The notes: generated by a model not told the origin, from the sequence alone. Shown: positions 8,148 through 17,433, numbered from the stretch's first letter. The stretch: 64,000 bases of DNA from an uncultured Methanosarcinales archaeon (GCA_964510085.1 CAZEAB010000001.1:78583-142582); one strand, 5' to 3'. Program-made: numbers and translations.

Positions 8148-9047
8148 ATGAAACGAAACATTATCATATTCATAATTCTTGCGCTACTAGTTGTAGCTGG
8201 TTGTGACACCGAAGAAGCACCTACAGAAACTGCAAAAGTATTCTTAGGTGGAACTGATGGAGTCACTGCATCTTTTGAAGCATTTGGTGTTGCGGAAGAT
8301 GGAACATATACTATTTTTGATGAAGATACTTTCTCCATTGATGTAACTTTAAAGAACAAAGGAGAATACGATGTTAAAGCTGAAGAAGTAAAAGTTAACT
8401 TATTAGGCCCATCACAAGATGAGTTTACAGGGATTACATCTTGGGAACTTAAAAATTCTAATATTATTGATATGAAATCAGAATTAATCCCTGAAGGTGG
8501 AGAAGAAACAATAGATTTTGCAAGTGAAGCAAAATACAAGAGTAAAGTAATTGCATTTACTGACAGAGTTTGGTTTGCAAACATTGAATATGTATATCAA
8601 ACAAAATTAATCATTCCTGAAGCATGTTTGAAAGAAGATCTTGCTGACGAACGAGTTTGTGATGTAAAAGGAGATAAAACATTTCATGTCTCTGGGGCTC
8701 CAGTAACAGTTACAAATGTAGAAGAAAGTGTTGCAGGTAAGGGAATTATGGCACTTAAAATTACTGTAGAAAAGAGAGGAAATGGAAAAGTTGCCCAACC
8801 AGATAACAAGTTCTCAGCTACAAAAGAAGAATTTGCATATACAATTGACGACGAAGCATGGAAGTGTACTTCAGCTGGACAAGAAGGTAAAGCTCGTTTA
8901 ATTGAAGGTAAAGCAGACATCGTATGTAAATCAAGAGAACCTCTTGAAGAAGGAACACTTGCAACAAAACAAATTAGTCTTACATTAGATTACAAGTATC
9001 AAGACTTAGTGCAAGAAACACTTCGAATTAAAGAGAGTGCAAAGTAA
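8148..9047 (+). CDS. secreted lipoprotein, paralog 2
   Basis: Signal peptide plus lipobox LLVVAGC. Shared blocks with 7134..8078: NKGxx, VCxxxxV.G.PV.V.NV, I.KRGNGKV, L.L.Y.Y. GAGG Shine-Dalgarno-like sequence upstream. Confidence 0.55.
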   Translation: MKRNIIIFIILALLVVAGCDTEEAPTETAKVFLGGTDGVTASFEAFGVAEDGTYTIFDEDTFSIDVTLKNKGEYDVKAEEVKVNLLGPSQDEFTGITSWELKNSNIIDMKSELIPEGGEETIDFASEAKYKSKVIAFTDRVWFANIEYVYQTKLIIPEACLKEDLADERVCDVKGDKTFHVSGAPVTVTNVEESVAGKGIMALKITVEKRGNGKVAQPDNKFSATKEEFAYTIDDEAWKCTSAGQEGKARLIEGKADIVCKSREPLEEGTLATKQISLTLDYKYQDLVQETLRIKESAK

Positions 9048-9051
9048 TTTT

Positions 9052-9780
9052 TTATTTCTTTATTTTTTCTACAACAAACTCTTCAATTAACTTAATCATC
9101 TTCTCAAAATCTTCATCAAAGAAACGATGACTTGCTCCTTCAATAATCTCGAGTTTTGCATCAGAAATCTCTTCAACAAGTTTCTTACTTTGCTCAATAG
9201 GAACGGTTACATCTGCATCTCCATGCACAATTAATGTTGGAACGTGTATCATTCTAGCAGATTCATATGAATCTATTCTCTCAGAATCTTCAAAGAAAGA
9301 ATAATTTAATCTTCTCTCGTTACGATACATATAAAACCCATTTTTACGCCATTCTTCAATGGGGTATTTATCTGATTGAGCAACCATCTTTCCCATATAA
9401 TCTGAAACTGGACATTTTAACACCAGAACAAACAAATCTTCAGAATCTCCAGCAGCAAGTATAGATGCATTTCCACCAAAAGATGAACCAACTAATCCGA
9501 TCTTTGTAAATCCTTTTGATTTCACGTACTCAATCGCTTGTAAGATGTCGTCTTTCGCTTCTGATAAGGTAATGTCTGCGAAATCTCCTCCAGAATCACC
9601 ATGACCAAAGAAATCAAATCGAAACGTTGCAATACCTTGAGAATTAAATCTCTTTTCTAATTCAACATTGGTGCTACTATCCTTAGAAGACGTAAACCCA
9701 TGTGCCAAAATAATACATGTATCTCCTGAACCGGAAAGAACTCCAGACAATTCTACACCCTTACTATTTGTAAACGTCAT
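9052..9780 (-). CDS. alpha/beta-fold hydrolase
   Basis: Nucleophile elbow GSSFGG, HGFTSS oxyanion region, C-terminal HGDAD...H. Confidence 0.7.
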   Translation of the reverse strand: MTFTNSKGVELSGVLSGSGDTCIILAHGFTSSKDSSTNVELEKRFNSQGIATFRFDFFGHGDSGGDFADITLSEAKDDILQAIEYVKSKGFTKIGLVGSSFGGNASILAAGDSEDLFVLVLKCPVSDYMGKMVAQSDKYPIEEWRKNGFYMYRNERRLNYSFFEDSERIDSYESARMIHVPTLIVHGDADVTVPIEQSKKLVEEISDAKLEIIEGASHRFFDEDFEKMIKLIEEFVVEKIKK

Positions 9781-10724
9781 CGTAACACCGAAAATGCTAA
9801 GAAACTTTCTAATTGAACGTATTCATCTGCACCTTCAACCATTCTAAACTCAATTTCCCCACATTTATCAATTAATGTAACTTTCTTTCTATCTTCAATT
9901 TCTAAATTCCAAATCTCTTTTTGAATTTGTTTAATAATATCTAATCCAGATAAACCATAATTTAACATTAAATCTAATAATTTCTTACGAGAAGACACAA
10001 AATCTCCTCCAACGGCAAGAGACAACACTTCATTTATTTCCTTCGGCTTCGCAACAGAAGCCATTGAATATACTAATTCTACATCAATCTCTTTCTTAAT
10101 TACAGCACAACTCTGTAAAATATTTTCTAAACGCCTGCAATCTCCACCACATACTTCAAATAACGCTTTCTTAGCATCTTCTCCAATAGTTAACCCCTCA
10201 GAGATTATCAGTTTGTCAATAACTTTAAACACATCTTCTTCTGCTAACGGTTTAAACCTAAAAACTGCGCATCTACTTTGAATAGGATCAATTATTTTTG
10301 AAGAATAATTACATGATAAAATAAATCTACATGTTTTAGTATAATTCTCCATAGTACGACGAAGTGCTTGTTGTGCATCTCGAGTAAGAGCATCACTTTC
10401 ATCTAAGTAAATTAATTTAAATGGAACATTTCCAATAGCCCTCGTACGAGCAAAATCCTTTACTTTTACTCTAATGACATCAATCCCTCGTTCATCTGAT
10501 GCATTTAATTCTAACGTATTTGCTCGCCATTCTTCACCAAACAATTTCTTAGCAATAATAAGTGACATCGTTGTCTTCCCTACACCTGCAGGTCCACTAA
10601 AAAGTAAGTGAGGCATACTTCCCGATTCAACAAATGCTTTAACCTTTGCAACAATTTCTTGTTGTCCATTCATTTGATCGAAAGTAGAAGGCCGATACTT
10701 TTCTGTCCAGATAGAATTTTCCAT
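9777..10724 (-). CDS. rfcS: replication factor C small subunit
   Basis: Walker A GPAGVGKTT, DESD, SRC motif (IQSRCAVF). Confidence 0.9.
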   Translation of the reverse strand: MENSIWTEKYRPSTFDQMNGQQEIVAKVKAFVESGSMPHLLFSGPAGVGKTTMSLIIAKKLFGEEWRANTLELNASDERGIDVIRVKVKDFARTRAIGNVPFKLIYLDESDALTRDAQQALRRTMENYTKTCRFILSCNYSSKIIDPIQSRCAVFRFKPLAEEDVFKVIDKLIISEGLTIGEDAKKALFEVCGGDCRRLENILQSCAVIKKEIDVELVYSMASVAKPKEINEVLSLAVGGDFVSSRKKLLDLMLNYGLSGLDIIKQIQKEIWNLEIEDRKKVTLIDKCGEIEFRMVEGADEYVQLESFLAFSVLR

Positions 10725-10770
10725 ACTATCTCACAATATAGCTGATTTATAAGTTTTACTACGTAGAATA

Positions 10771-10962
10771 CTACACAACCAATAACGCTATTGAAACCGC
10801 CCAATCAATAACTTCATTTAAAGAAATGCCAAAAAAGAACACAAGAAAAAACACTACAACAAGTCCAATTAATACTATCCTCACTAACACAGATACAACA
10901 CGAGTTAGAAAGAATGCAAGAATTCCAAATATGATTAGCCCTATTACTGAAAATGGATCCAT
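10771..10962 (-). CDS. hypothetical small membrane protein
   Basis: 63 aa, two hydrophobic helices. Confidence 0.3.
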   Translation of the reverse strand: MDPFSVIGLIIFGILAFFLTRVVSVLVRIVLIGLVVVFFLVFFFGISLNEVIDWAVSIALLVV

Positions 10963-11020
10963 ACTTAAGAAAAAACACTCCTCATTTTTATTATTTTGTG
11001 TTCTTTAGATATCAATTTTG

Positions 11021-11102
11021 TGTGAATGAGCAAGGCCCTGACTTGTCGAGCCGGCTACAATTAGAAATTGTAGGAACCCGGCGTGCCTAGCTCAGAACCA
11101 CA
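11021..11102 (+). repeat. GC-rich structured intergenic element, copy E2
   Basis: TGTGAATGAGCAAGGCCCTGACTTGTCGAGCCGG-CTACAATTAGAAATTGTAG-GAACCCGGCGTGCCTAGCTCAGAACCACA. Confidence 0.8.
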
Positions 11103-11112
11103 AACCAAAATC

Positions 11113-12165
11113 TCACTTCTTCATATACACAGTTCTTGTTGGAAATGGAATACTTATGTTAGCTTTATTTAATGCGTCATAAATCCTTTCGATTGCCTCT
11201 AACTTAGGACCGTATGCTTCATCCCATCTCTCAACCCAAAATTTAGCTTCAAATGTTAATGCAGAATCTCCCATTTCAATAAAATGTACTAAAGGTTCAG
11301 GATCTTTCATAATCTTCATTGCATTCAATTCTTTCAAAATAATCTTTTTTACTGTAGCTATATCCACCCCATATTCAACACCAAAAGGAACAACTACCCG
11401 TACTTTGGGATTTGGTCTGGTATAATTCTGGATTCGTGAATTAGCTAAATATCCATTTGGAATGTAAATAATTTCATTATCAAACGTTGTTAATTTCGTA
11501 CTTCGTAATCCAATCTCATGAATCATTCCAACTTCGCCACTTTCCAATTTAATCTTATCACCTGGTTGGAAGGTTTTATCTAAAATTAATGTGATTCCAC
11601 CGAAAATATTCTTTAATGAATCTTGTAATGCTAAACCTAATACGATTCCACTAATTCCCACCCCTGCAAGATAAGGGCCGATATCTATCCCCCAAATCTT
11701 GAGAATCCATAGAAGTGCAATAATCACAAAAATGACATTTATTATTTTATGAAATAATGGAAGAAGAACATCATCAAGATTTGTTTTAGTCTTCTTCGCC
11801 ATGGTAATACCCCATGTTTCAATAATTACATCAATAGTACGGAGAACAATAAGCACAATAACTGCAGCCATAACTGAGTTAACTACTTTAGAAGCTGTTC
11901 CCGTAATTCCTGTTGTCAGAACAGCTGTTTTTAATCCATATGCTAAAACTAAATAAAATAAAGGTTTTTTTGTATGGTTAAGAACCATATCATCAAATTC
12001 TGTTTTAGTTTTCTTAGCAAGTCGTTGAAGATAATGTGAATATACAAATAAGAGAGCAATCCCCACTAATACAAAAAGAGCTAACACAAACCCTCCATGA
12101 ACGAATACGTTCTGTTCATACCCACCAAGAGGCAATGTTTCTATTAATTTGATGAATCCTTCCAT
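11113..12165 (-). CDS. mechanosensitive ion channel, MscS family
   Basis: TM helices followed by the MscS beta-domain (..FQPGDKIKLESGEVGMIHEIGLRSTKLTTFDNEIIYIPN..). Confidence 0.8.
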   Translation of the reverse strand: MEGFIKLIETLPLGGYEQNVFVHGGFVLALFVLVGIALLFVYSHYLQRLAKKTKTEFDDMVLNHTKKPLFYLVLAYGLKTAVLTTGITGTASKVVNSVMAAVIVLIVLRTIDVIIETWGITMAKKTKTNLDDVLLPLFHKIINVIFVIIALLWILKIWGIDIGPYLAGVGISGIVLGLALQDSLKNIFGGITLILDKTFQPGDKIKLESGEVGMIHEIGLRSTKLTTFDNEIIYIPNGYLANSRIQNYTRPNPKVRVVVPFGVEYGVDIATVKKIILKELNAMKIMKDPEPLVHFIEMGDSALTFEAKFWVERWDEAYGPKLEAIERIYDALNKANISIPFPTRTVYMKK

Positions 12166-13403
12166 TTTCCTATATTACCCATGAATGTAATCCCTTTCTT
12201 TAATAAGAATACCTTAACTGAACTCAAGACTATAGTTCCAGTAATTGTGACATATGCTACTTTTACTATAAATTCTGCGCCAGGAACTCCTGATTGTAAT
12301 GCTACACCCGCAATTGCCGCTGCCGCCAAACCACGAGCAAACATGGTATTTACTAACCCTCTTCCTTGTGGGTCCATACTTTTTGTAAGCCATAATGAAC
12401 TTACTCTAGTACCCATTAATAAAAATGATAGAATAATCCCCACAACAAGTGCTTTTGTATCTGAGATATCAAACAATATTCCTATGTATACAAAAAAGAA
12501 CGTTTTTAGAAAAAACGATACTTGATGGTAAAAAAATTCTTCTGAATGAGTTGTTGCACTTTTTCCAAGATCTCCCGCAATTGCCTTTTTCTTATCTGCA
12601 GCACGTTTTACGAGAAGGCCTTTTGTAATTGAGGATAATTGTTTTGAATTCTTTAACATTAATCCAAAGAATAATGTTGCGATTGCACCATTCCCTCCAA
12701 GAAATTGTGTCATAACAAATATTAAAATGACATATGCTACAGTAATCATATAATTATGAATCTTAAATACTTTTAACGTTAAGATTATCCAAATAACTCC
12801 TGCAATAATACCAACTAAACCTGCTATTGCAAATAAAGAAACAAGTTGTGTTGCAACTTGCCGTATTCCAATACTACCAAATTGAATAATTTCTAAAACT
12901 GTAATTGAGAATACAATACAAAAAACATCTGTTAATGCTGATTCTAAAGTTAAAAGAGAATATAATCTTTGACCTACATTCATCTGTTTTAAAATTGGAA
13001 TAACAAACGAGGATGACACCCCACCAAGCATAAATCCTACCAATAATGCTGGTAACCAATCAAGCCCTACAATAACCATTACAAACATTACAATAACAGA
13101 TGAAAGAATAAAGTTAAATAATGTTAATTTGAAACTCTCCGAGAATTCTCTTAAGAGTGAAGAGAGATTTATGTTAAACGCACCGTCAAACAACAAAAAC
13201 AATAATGTAAATGTTGTAAATACTGGAGCCAATATTTGAAGTTCTGCAACATCAACGAATTTAAATCCAAAAGGTCCTAATGAAAAACCAAGGATAATAA
13301 GGAAAAGAACATCTGGGATACCTACTTTCTTAAAAATAAACTCTGCAAAGAACCCAAAAAATAATATTAAGCTAATTGCAAGCAAAACTAATTGAACATC
13401 CAT
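12144..13403 (-). CDS. cation:proton antiporter (CPA1/NhaP-like)
   Basis: 419-aa polytopic membrane protein with a Na+/H+ exchanger-like helix pattern. Confidence 0.6.
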   Translation of the reverse strand: MDVQLVLLAISLILFFGFFAEFIFKKVGIPDVLFLIILGFSLGPFGFKFVDVAELQILAPVFTTFTLLFLLFDGAFNINLSSLLREFSESFKLTLFNFILSSVIVMFVMVIVGLDWLPALLVGFMLGGVSSSFVIPILKQMNVGQRLYSLLTLESALTDVFCIVFSITVLEIIQFGSIGIRQVATQLVSLFAIAGLVGIIAGVIWIILTLKVFKIHNYMITVAYVILIFVMTQFLGGNGAIATLFFGLMLKNSKQLSSITKGLLVKRAADKKKAIAGDLGKSATTHSEEFFYHQVSFFLKTFFFVYIGILFDISDTKALVVGIILSFLLMGTRVSSLWLTKSMDPQGRGLVNTMFARGLAAAAIAGVALQSGVPGAEFIVKVAYVTITGTIVLSSVKVFLLKKGITFMGNIGKWKDSSN

Positions 13404-13533
13404 ACAAGAAAAAGAATTAAAAGACGTTTATATAACTTACGCCGCAATGAAGAAAAACTCGCCAAGATGTTCAACTTCTCCCTGAACACATTGGTAATGT
13501 GCTAAATCATACATGTATTTTCGTATATTCACT

Positions 13534-13809
13534 TTATTCTTCACCTTCATCCGCACTTGGATTACTTGGAATTGCGTTTCGTGAAATAATTAAAATATCT
13601 CCAACTGCTTTCACAAGTTGATGAGGAACAATAACCCCTTTTGCACTTCCTAAAACTTGACTCAAATATGAATTTTTTGTTGCTCTAATCTTCCATCCGG
13701 ATATTCTGTTAGATTGAACTTGACTATCTTCAACATCACCAAAATAATCTCCTGAATCTGTAAACACCTTTAAATCGTATGTCCCCGAAATTTTTTTCAT
13801 TTTTAACAT
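13534..13809 (-). CDS. PRC-barrel domain protein
   Basis: 91 aa. Pattern (..V.TDSGDYFGDVED..., ..VIVPHQLV.AVGD.ILI) resembles archaeal PRC-barrel proteins. Confidence 0.45.
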   Translation of the reverse strand: MLKMKKISGTYDLKVFTDSGDYFGDVEDSQVQSNRISGWKIRATKNSYLSQVLGSAKGVIVPHQLVKAVGDILIISRNAIPSNPSADEGEE

Positions 13810-13873
13810 AAAGACCCACCTCGTAGTTAATTTTCTTAAAACGAGATGATTTTATATAGTTTTCTATTATCGG

Positions 13874-14581
13874 TTGGTAATAATGAGCAGTTCTATGAAT
13901 ATACAAATATTAGGAACATCACATATAGCAAAACAGAGTATAGACGAGATTAAATCAGCAATTACTGAAGATAAGCCAGATATTGTTGCCGTTGAACTCG
14001 ACCTTCAACGAGCTGTAGCATTAATACAAGAACAAAAAAATAGAATTTCACTCGGATTAATTCTCAAAATAGGTGTGAAGGGATACGTATTTGCAAAAAT
14101 TGGGCAGATAGTACAACAAAAACTAGGAAAAATGGTTGGTGTTGCTCCTGGTTCCGATATGAAGACAGCAATTGAGGTTGCACACAAAGAAAAAAAAGAA
14201 GTTGCATTAATAGATCAGCCAATTCAAATTACGCTTAGAAATTTTTCAAAAAGGTTAACATGGAAAGAAAAATTTAGATTTGCTAAAGATTTTTTTATGG
14301 GCCTTCTATTTCCAAAACGAGCTATGAAGAACCTTGGGCTAGGAGAATTAGATTTGTCTAAAGTACCAAAGAAAGAACTTATTTCTAAAATGATTAGACA
14401 GATTAAGAAAACATACCCTAGCGTGTATAAAACGTTAATTACAGACAGGAACAAGTATATGGTCAAAGAACTTGTTAAGTTAATGCGTAAGAACCCCGAG
14501 AAGAAGATTTTAGCCGTAGTAGGCGCTGGTCACGAAGAAGGGATGCGCGAATTGTTGTTGAAAGTGGATGTTGTGAAATAG
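13874..14581 (+). CDS. TraB/PrgY family protein
   Basis: ILGTSHIAKQS..EI...PDIVAVELD N-terminus and C-terminal GAGHEEG, typical of the TraB family. Confidence 0.65.
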   Translation: MVIMSSSMNIQILGTSHIAKQSIDEIKSAITEDKPDIVAVELDLQRAVALIQEQKNRISLGLILKIGVKGYVFAKIGQIVQQKLGKMVGVAPGSDMKTAIEVAHKEKKEVALIDQPIQITLRNFSKRLTWKEKFRFAKDFFMGLLFPKRAMKNLGLGELDLSKVPKKELISKMIRQIKKTYPSVYKTLITDRNKYMVKELVKLMRKNPEKKILAVVGAGHEEGMRELLLKVDVVK

Positions 14582-14589
14582 CCACAACA

Positions 14590-14597
14590 TTTATAAA
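14590..14597 (+). promoter_or_regulatory. TATA box (TTTATAAA) for the RNase P RNA gene
   Basis: About 25 nt upstream of the predicted 5' end of the P1 helix. Confidence 0.5.
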
Positions 14598-14614
14598 CTA
14601 GGCACTACCCTACA

Positions 14615-14920
14615 GTGATGGTAGCGGTGGCAGGAGCAAAGGGTCTAACCCAGGAAAGTCTGCCCTCCAAGTATACGCAACTCACGGAGATTCAGAAATG
14701 GATGGCTCTGGCTCAGAAACGACACGTCCATGTCTAAGGATGATTTATGGCGAAGCTTGTTGAGAAACAAGTGAGTTAACCCAATGACGTTGGACATGGG
14801 AACGATGAAACGGCGAATCCTTGCGGGTGCAAGTTGGAATCAACGCTTAGTAGAATGCTCCAACATCCGTCCGATTACGGGGATGTACAGAAGGCAGCTT
14901 ACGTCACTCTACCACCCTTT
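14615..14920 (+). ncRNA. rnpB: RNase P RNA (archaeal type)
   Basis: GC-enriched non-coding block. It has universal conserved regions in the correct order: AGGAAAGUCUGCCC (CR-I/P4 5'), AUGAAACGGCG, UAGUAGAAUGCU, and GUACAGAAGGCAGCUUAC (P4 3'). The CUGCC/GGCAG pairing is compensated relative to E. coli CCGGG/CCCGG. Termini pair (UGGUAG/CUACCA), followed by a T-run. Confidence 0.85.
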
Positions 14921-14969
14921 AATAAAGCTTGAACAAACGGCGACCGTTGGTCACCAATTTAACAAAAAC

Positions 14970-14978
14970 CTTATAAAA
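14970..14978 (+). promoter_or_regulatory. TATA box (CTTATAAAA) for sec61-beta/NAC operon
   Basis: 23 nt upstream of the ATG at 15002. Confidence 0.5.
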
Positions 14979-15001
14979 CATAAATAATCTAAAGAATTAA
15001 A

Positions 15002-15175
15002 ATGGCTAAGGACAATAAAATATCATTACCTTCCGGACAGGGAGGATTAACACGGTACTTTGAAGAAACAAACGCAAAGATTGAGCTTTCACCGGCTTCT
15101 ATTATTATTATTTCAATAGTAGTTATGATAATCATTTCCCTTCTTCATGTATTTGGAGGAAATTTGTTTCAATGA
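15002..15175 (+). CDS. secG: preprotein translocase subunit Sec61-beta (SecG, archaeal)
   Basis: 57-aa ORF below the ORF-track cutoff: MAKDNKISLPSGQGGLTRYFEE..., then a single C-terminal TM helix. ATGA overlap with the NAC gene. Confidence 0.7.
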   Translation: MAKDNKISLPSGQGGLTRYFEETNAKIELSPASIIIISIVVMIIISLLHVFGGNLFQ

Positions 15176-15516
15176 TACCTGGCATGAACCCTCGAAAAGT
15201 TCAGCAAATGATGAAACAAATGGGGATTCAGCAGCAAGATATTTCTGCAGAACAAGTTATCATCAAATGTAAGGGTAAAGACATTATTATTACAAATCCT
15301 TCTGTTGCTAAAGTGAATATGATGGGACAAGAAACTTTTCAAATTTCTGGAACCATTACAGAACAAGCAGCCGACACTACACCGGACATTTCTGATGAAG
15401 ATATTAAAACAGTTATGGATCAAGCAGGTGTTGATGAAGAAACTGCTACTAAAGCCATTAATGATGCAAATGGAGACCTTGCTGAAGCTATCATGAATCT
15501 ATCAAACAATTCATAA
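15172..15516 (+). CDS. nac: nascent polypeptide-associated complex protein (NAC)
   Basis: MIPGMNPRKVQQMMKQMGIQ N-terminus, NAC beta-barrel, and a C-terminal UBA-like region (..ATKAINDANGDLAEAIMNL). Confidence 0.85.
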   Translation: MIPGMNPRKVQQMMKQMGIQQQDISAEQVIIKCKGKDIIITNPSVAKVNMMGQETFQISGTITEQAADTTPDISDEDIKTVMDQAGVDEETATKAINDANGDLAEAIMNLSNNS

Positions 15517-15929
15517 TGCCACACACTCATTTTTCAAAAGCACATGAACAATACGTTATTGCAAAACATCTTCTACATACAACTCTTCCTCTTGTAAAAG
15601 ATCCAAAACTCTTGCTTGGAATTACACACAATATATATGATTCTATGGCTCATGCATCCAATATTCTTACGAAAAGTCCTTCCGTCCCAGTAAAAACTGT
15701 TAAAATATCTGAAGTACATCAAAAATTTGGAAAACAATTTGATGAATTACATCGTACAATTGAATCTTACAAAAAAAGCCCGGTTGTTTTTAGACGCCAA
15801 GAAAATTTCATCATTTGTAGTCAAGAGTATGACATTGAACCCATTACAAAACAGAAAGTACAGGGTCAATTAAATGTACTTAAAGAGTTCCTTATGGAAA
15901 TATCATCAATTATCAACAGAAAAGATTAA
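15516..15929 (+). CDS. hypothetical helical protein (paralog pair, member 1)
   Basis: 137-aa ORF coupled to nac (ATAATG). Weak similarity to the next gene. Confidence 0.35.
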   Translation: MPHTHFSKAHEQYVIAKHLLHTTLPLVKDPKLLLGITHNIYDSMAHASNILTKSPSVPVKTVKISEVHQKFGKQFDELHRTIESYKKSPVVFRRQENFIICSQEYDIEPITKQKVQGQLNVLKEFLMEISSIINRKD

Positions 15930-15966
15930 AAAGGGTATTCCCTTACAGATAACTTCGACTTACCAA

Positions 15967-16434
15967 ATGGAAGATTGTCTTTTAGAAGCTCGCGAGGAAT
16001 TAAAGCGATTAGAGCACATAATTTACGTTAGTTTGAAGTATACACGAACAGTAGATGTTATTCTAAATGCCCTAAATCGTATGGTGAGTACGTATGATTA
16101 TATCATTGAAGCTTTTCTTATTAAAGCAAAGGAAGAAGGAAAAATTGATTCTTTAGTAAAAAGTCCAGCATTACGGGCAAAAATATTACTTAAAACATAT
16201 CCTGAAGATAAAGAATTAGCTGATTACATTCGTTTCTATGCATTCTTAAAAGATCTTCTTAAACGCCCTCATCAAAGACGGGAAGAATTTCGACGTCATG
16301 TAACATTAATTGCAAATTTTGAAAAAGGAACCTCTGAAATTAAAATTGATACCCTTCTTAATTGTGAAAAGTATGTTCATGAATTCTTAACATATGCTCG
16401 TAAAGTCCTTCTTGGCGAAGTTGATGAAGAGTAA
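15967..16434 (+). CDS. hypothetical helical protein (paralog pair, member 2)
   Basis: Start placed at the internal Met (MEDCLLEAREEL..) after the stop of the previous gene. Confidence 0.35.
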   Translation: MEDCLLEAREELKRLEHIIYVSLKYTRTVDVILNALNRMVSTYDYIIEAFLIKAKEEGKIDSLVKSPALRAKILLKTYPEDKELADYIRFYAFLKDLLKRPHQRREEFRRHVTLIANFEKGTSEIKIDTLLNCEKYVHEFLTYARKVLLGEVDEE

Positions 16435-16476
16435 GAGCCTTCTCCAAAAGAGGACAGCGTAAATTAATTGGCGTCT

Positions 16477-16630
16477 GTGCATGAAATGTAACAAGGATTC
16501 CATTTCAGCACTGAAAATCAATAGATTTTGATTTTCATGTGCCATCAATGACACCAATAACGAAGTTATTGATGGCATGGCCAGGCGTAAGATACCATGT
16601 TCGTTTGCGAAGCGAACGGTTATGGTCTCT
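16477..16630. other. block of four consecutive stable hairpins (candidate ncRNA or multi-hairpin 3' structure)
   Basis: H1 16477-16511 (GTGCaTGAAATG/CATTTCAGCAC). H2 16512-16537 (TGAAAATCAA/TTGATTTTCA). H3 16536-16579 (CATGtGCCATC..AATAAC/GTTATT..GATGGCATG). H4 16590-16630 (AGATACCATgTTCG/CGAAcggttATGGTcTCT). Confidence 0.4.
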
Positions 16631-16670
16631 GGAGTAGCCAATTAGTTTACATTGTCCAAAAGAGCAATAT

Positions 16671-16678
16671 TTTTATAT
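16671..16678 (+). promoter_or_regulatory. TATA box (TTTTATAT) for minD
   Basis: 26 nt upstream of the ATG at 16705. Confidence 0.4.
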
Positions 16679-16704
16679 GCAACCTGCTTCATTCATTATA
16701 AGAA

Positions 16705-17424
16705 ATGACTAAATTTATTGCAGTAGTATCAGGAAAGGGAGGTGTAGGGAAGACTACATCTACATTAAATATAGGACAAGCTCTTGCAAATAGAGGTAAG
16801 AGAGTCACACTTCTTGACGCAAATCTTGTAACACCAAATCTTGCTATTCAATTAGGGTTTATGGATCCAGATGCAACATTAAACCAATTCTTACGAAAAG
16901 AAAAGGGCATTAATGAAATAACCTACCTTCATGAAAGTGGACTATCGCTGATACCTTCCTCCCCTTCATACGCAGAATTTCAAAAGACTAATGTACAAAA
17001 TATTAGTAAAGTCTTTGATCATCTTCATAATACAACCGACTACGTTCTTGTTGATTCTCCTAGCGGTTTAGGATATGAAGTCAGCCAAGTCGTAAAAAAT
17101 TGTGATGAGGTTATTGTTGTTACCAACCCAAACTTAAGTGCCGTTATGGATGCATTAAAAACAATTAAACTAGCAAAAATGCATAATAAGTTAGTTACAG
17201 GGGTTGTGTTAAACATGAGTAATAACGGTCGCCACGAATTACGTCAGGAAGAGGTAGAAGAAGTTTTAGGATACCCCATCATTGGCAATGTTCGTCACGA
17301 ACGAAAAATTAGAAAATCTGTTCATAAACAAATGCCTGTAAATTATTTATATCCTCGTTCTCGAGCAGCAAAATCTTTTGGAAAGGTTGCAGAACATATT
17401 AGCATGGATAACAAAGTTGAATAA
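16705..17424 (+). CDS. minD: MinD/ParA-family P-loop ATPase
   Basis: Deviant Walker A VVSGKGGVGKTT. DSPSG switch region. Confidence 0.85.
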   Translation: MTKFIAVVSGKGGVGKTTSTLNIGQALANRGKRVTLLDANLVTPNLAIQLGFMDPDATLNQFLRKEKGINEITYLHESGLSLIPSSPSYAEFQKTNVQNISKVFDHLHNTTDYVLVDSPSGLGYEVSQVVKNCDEVIVVTNPNLSAVMDALKTIKLAKMHNKLVTGVVLNMSNNGRHELRQEEVEEVLGYPIIGNVRHERKIRKSVHKQMPVNYLYPRSRAAKSFGKVAEHISMDNKVE

Positions 17425-17433
17425 GGGTACTAG

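Noticed and set aside
13447-13492. Possible C/D box sRNA (ATGAAGA ... CTGA) in the gap upstream of the antiporter gene
   Set aside because: The C box is imperfect. There are no D'/C' boxes and no terminal stem. The 41-nt length is too short for an archaeal dual-guide sRNA.
14784-14987. 67-aa plus-strand ORF
   Set aside because: It lies inside the RNase P RNA gene, across the conserved UAGUAGAAUGCU and ACAGAAGGCAGCUUAC regions. The GC-rich RNA gene explains the open frame.
16387-16641. 84-aa minus-strand ORF
   Set aside because: It runs through four perfect hairpins. It has no start context, promoter spacing or recognisable protein features. The region is better explained as structured non-coding sequence.
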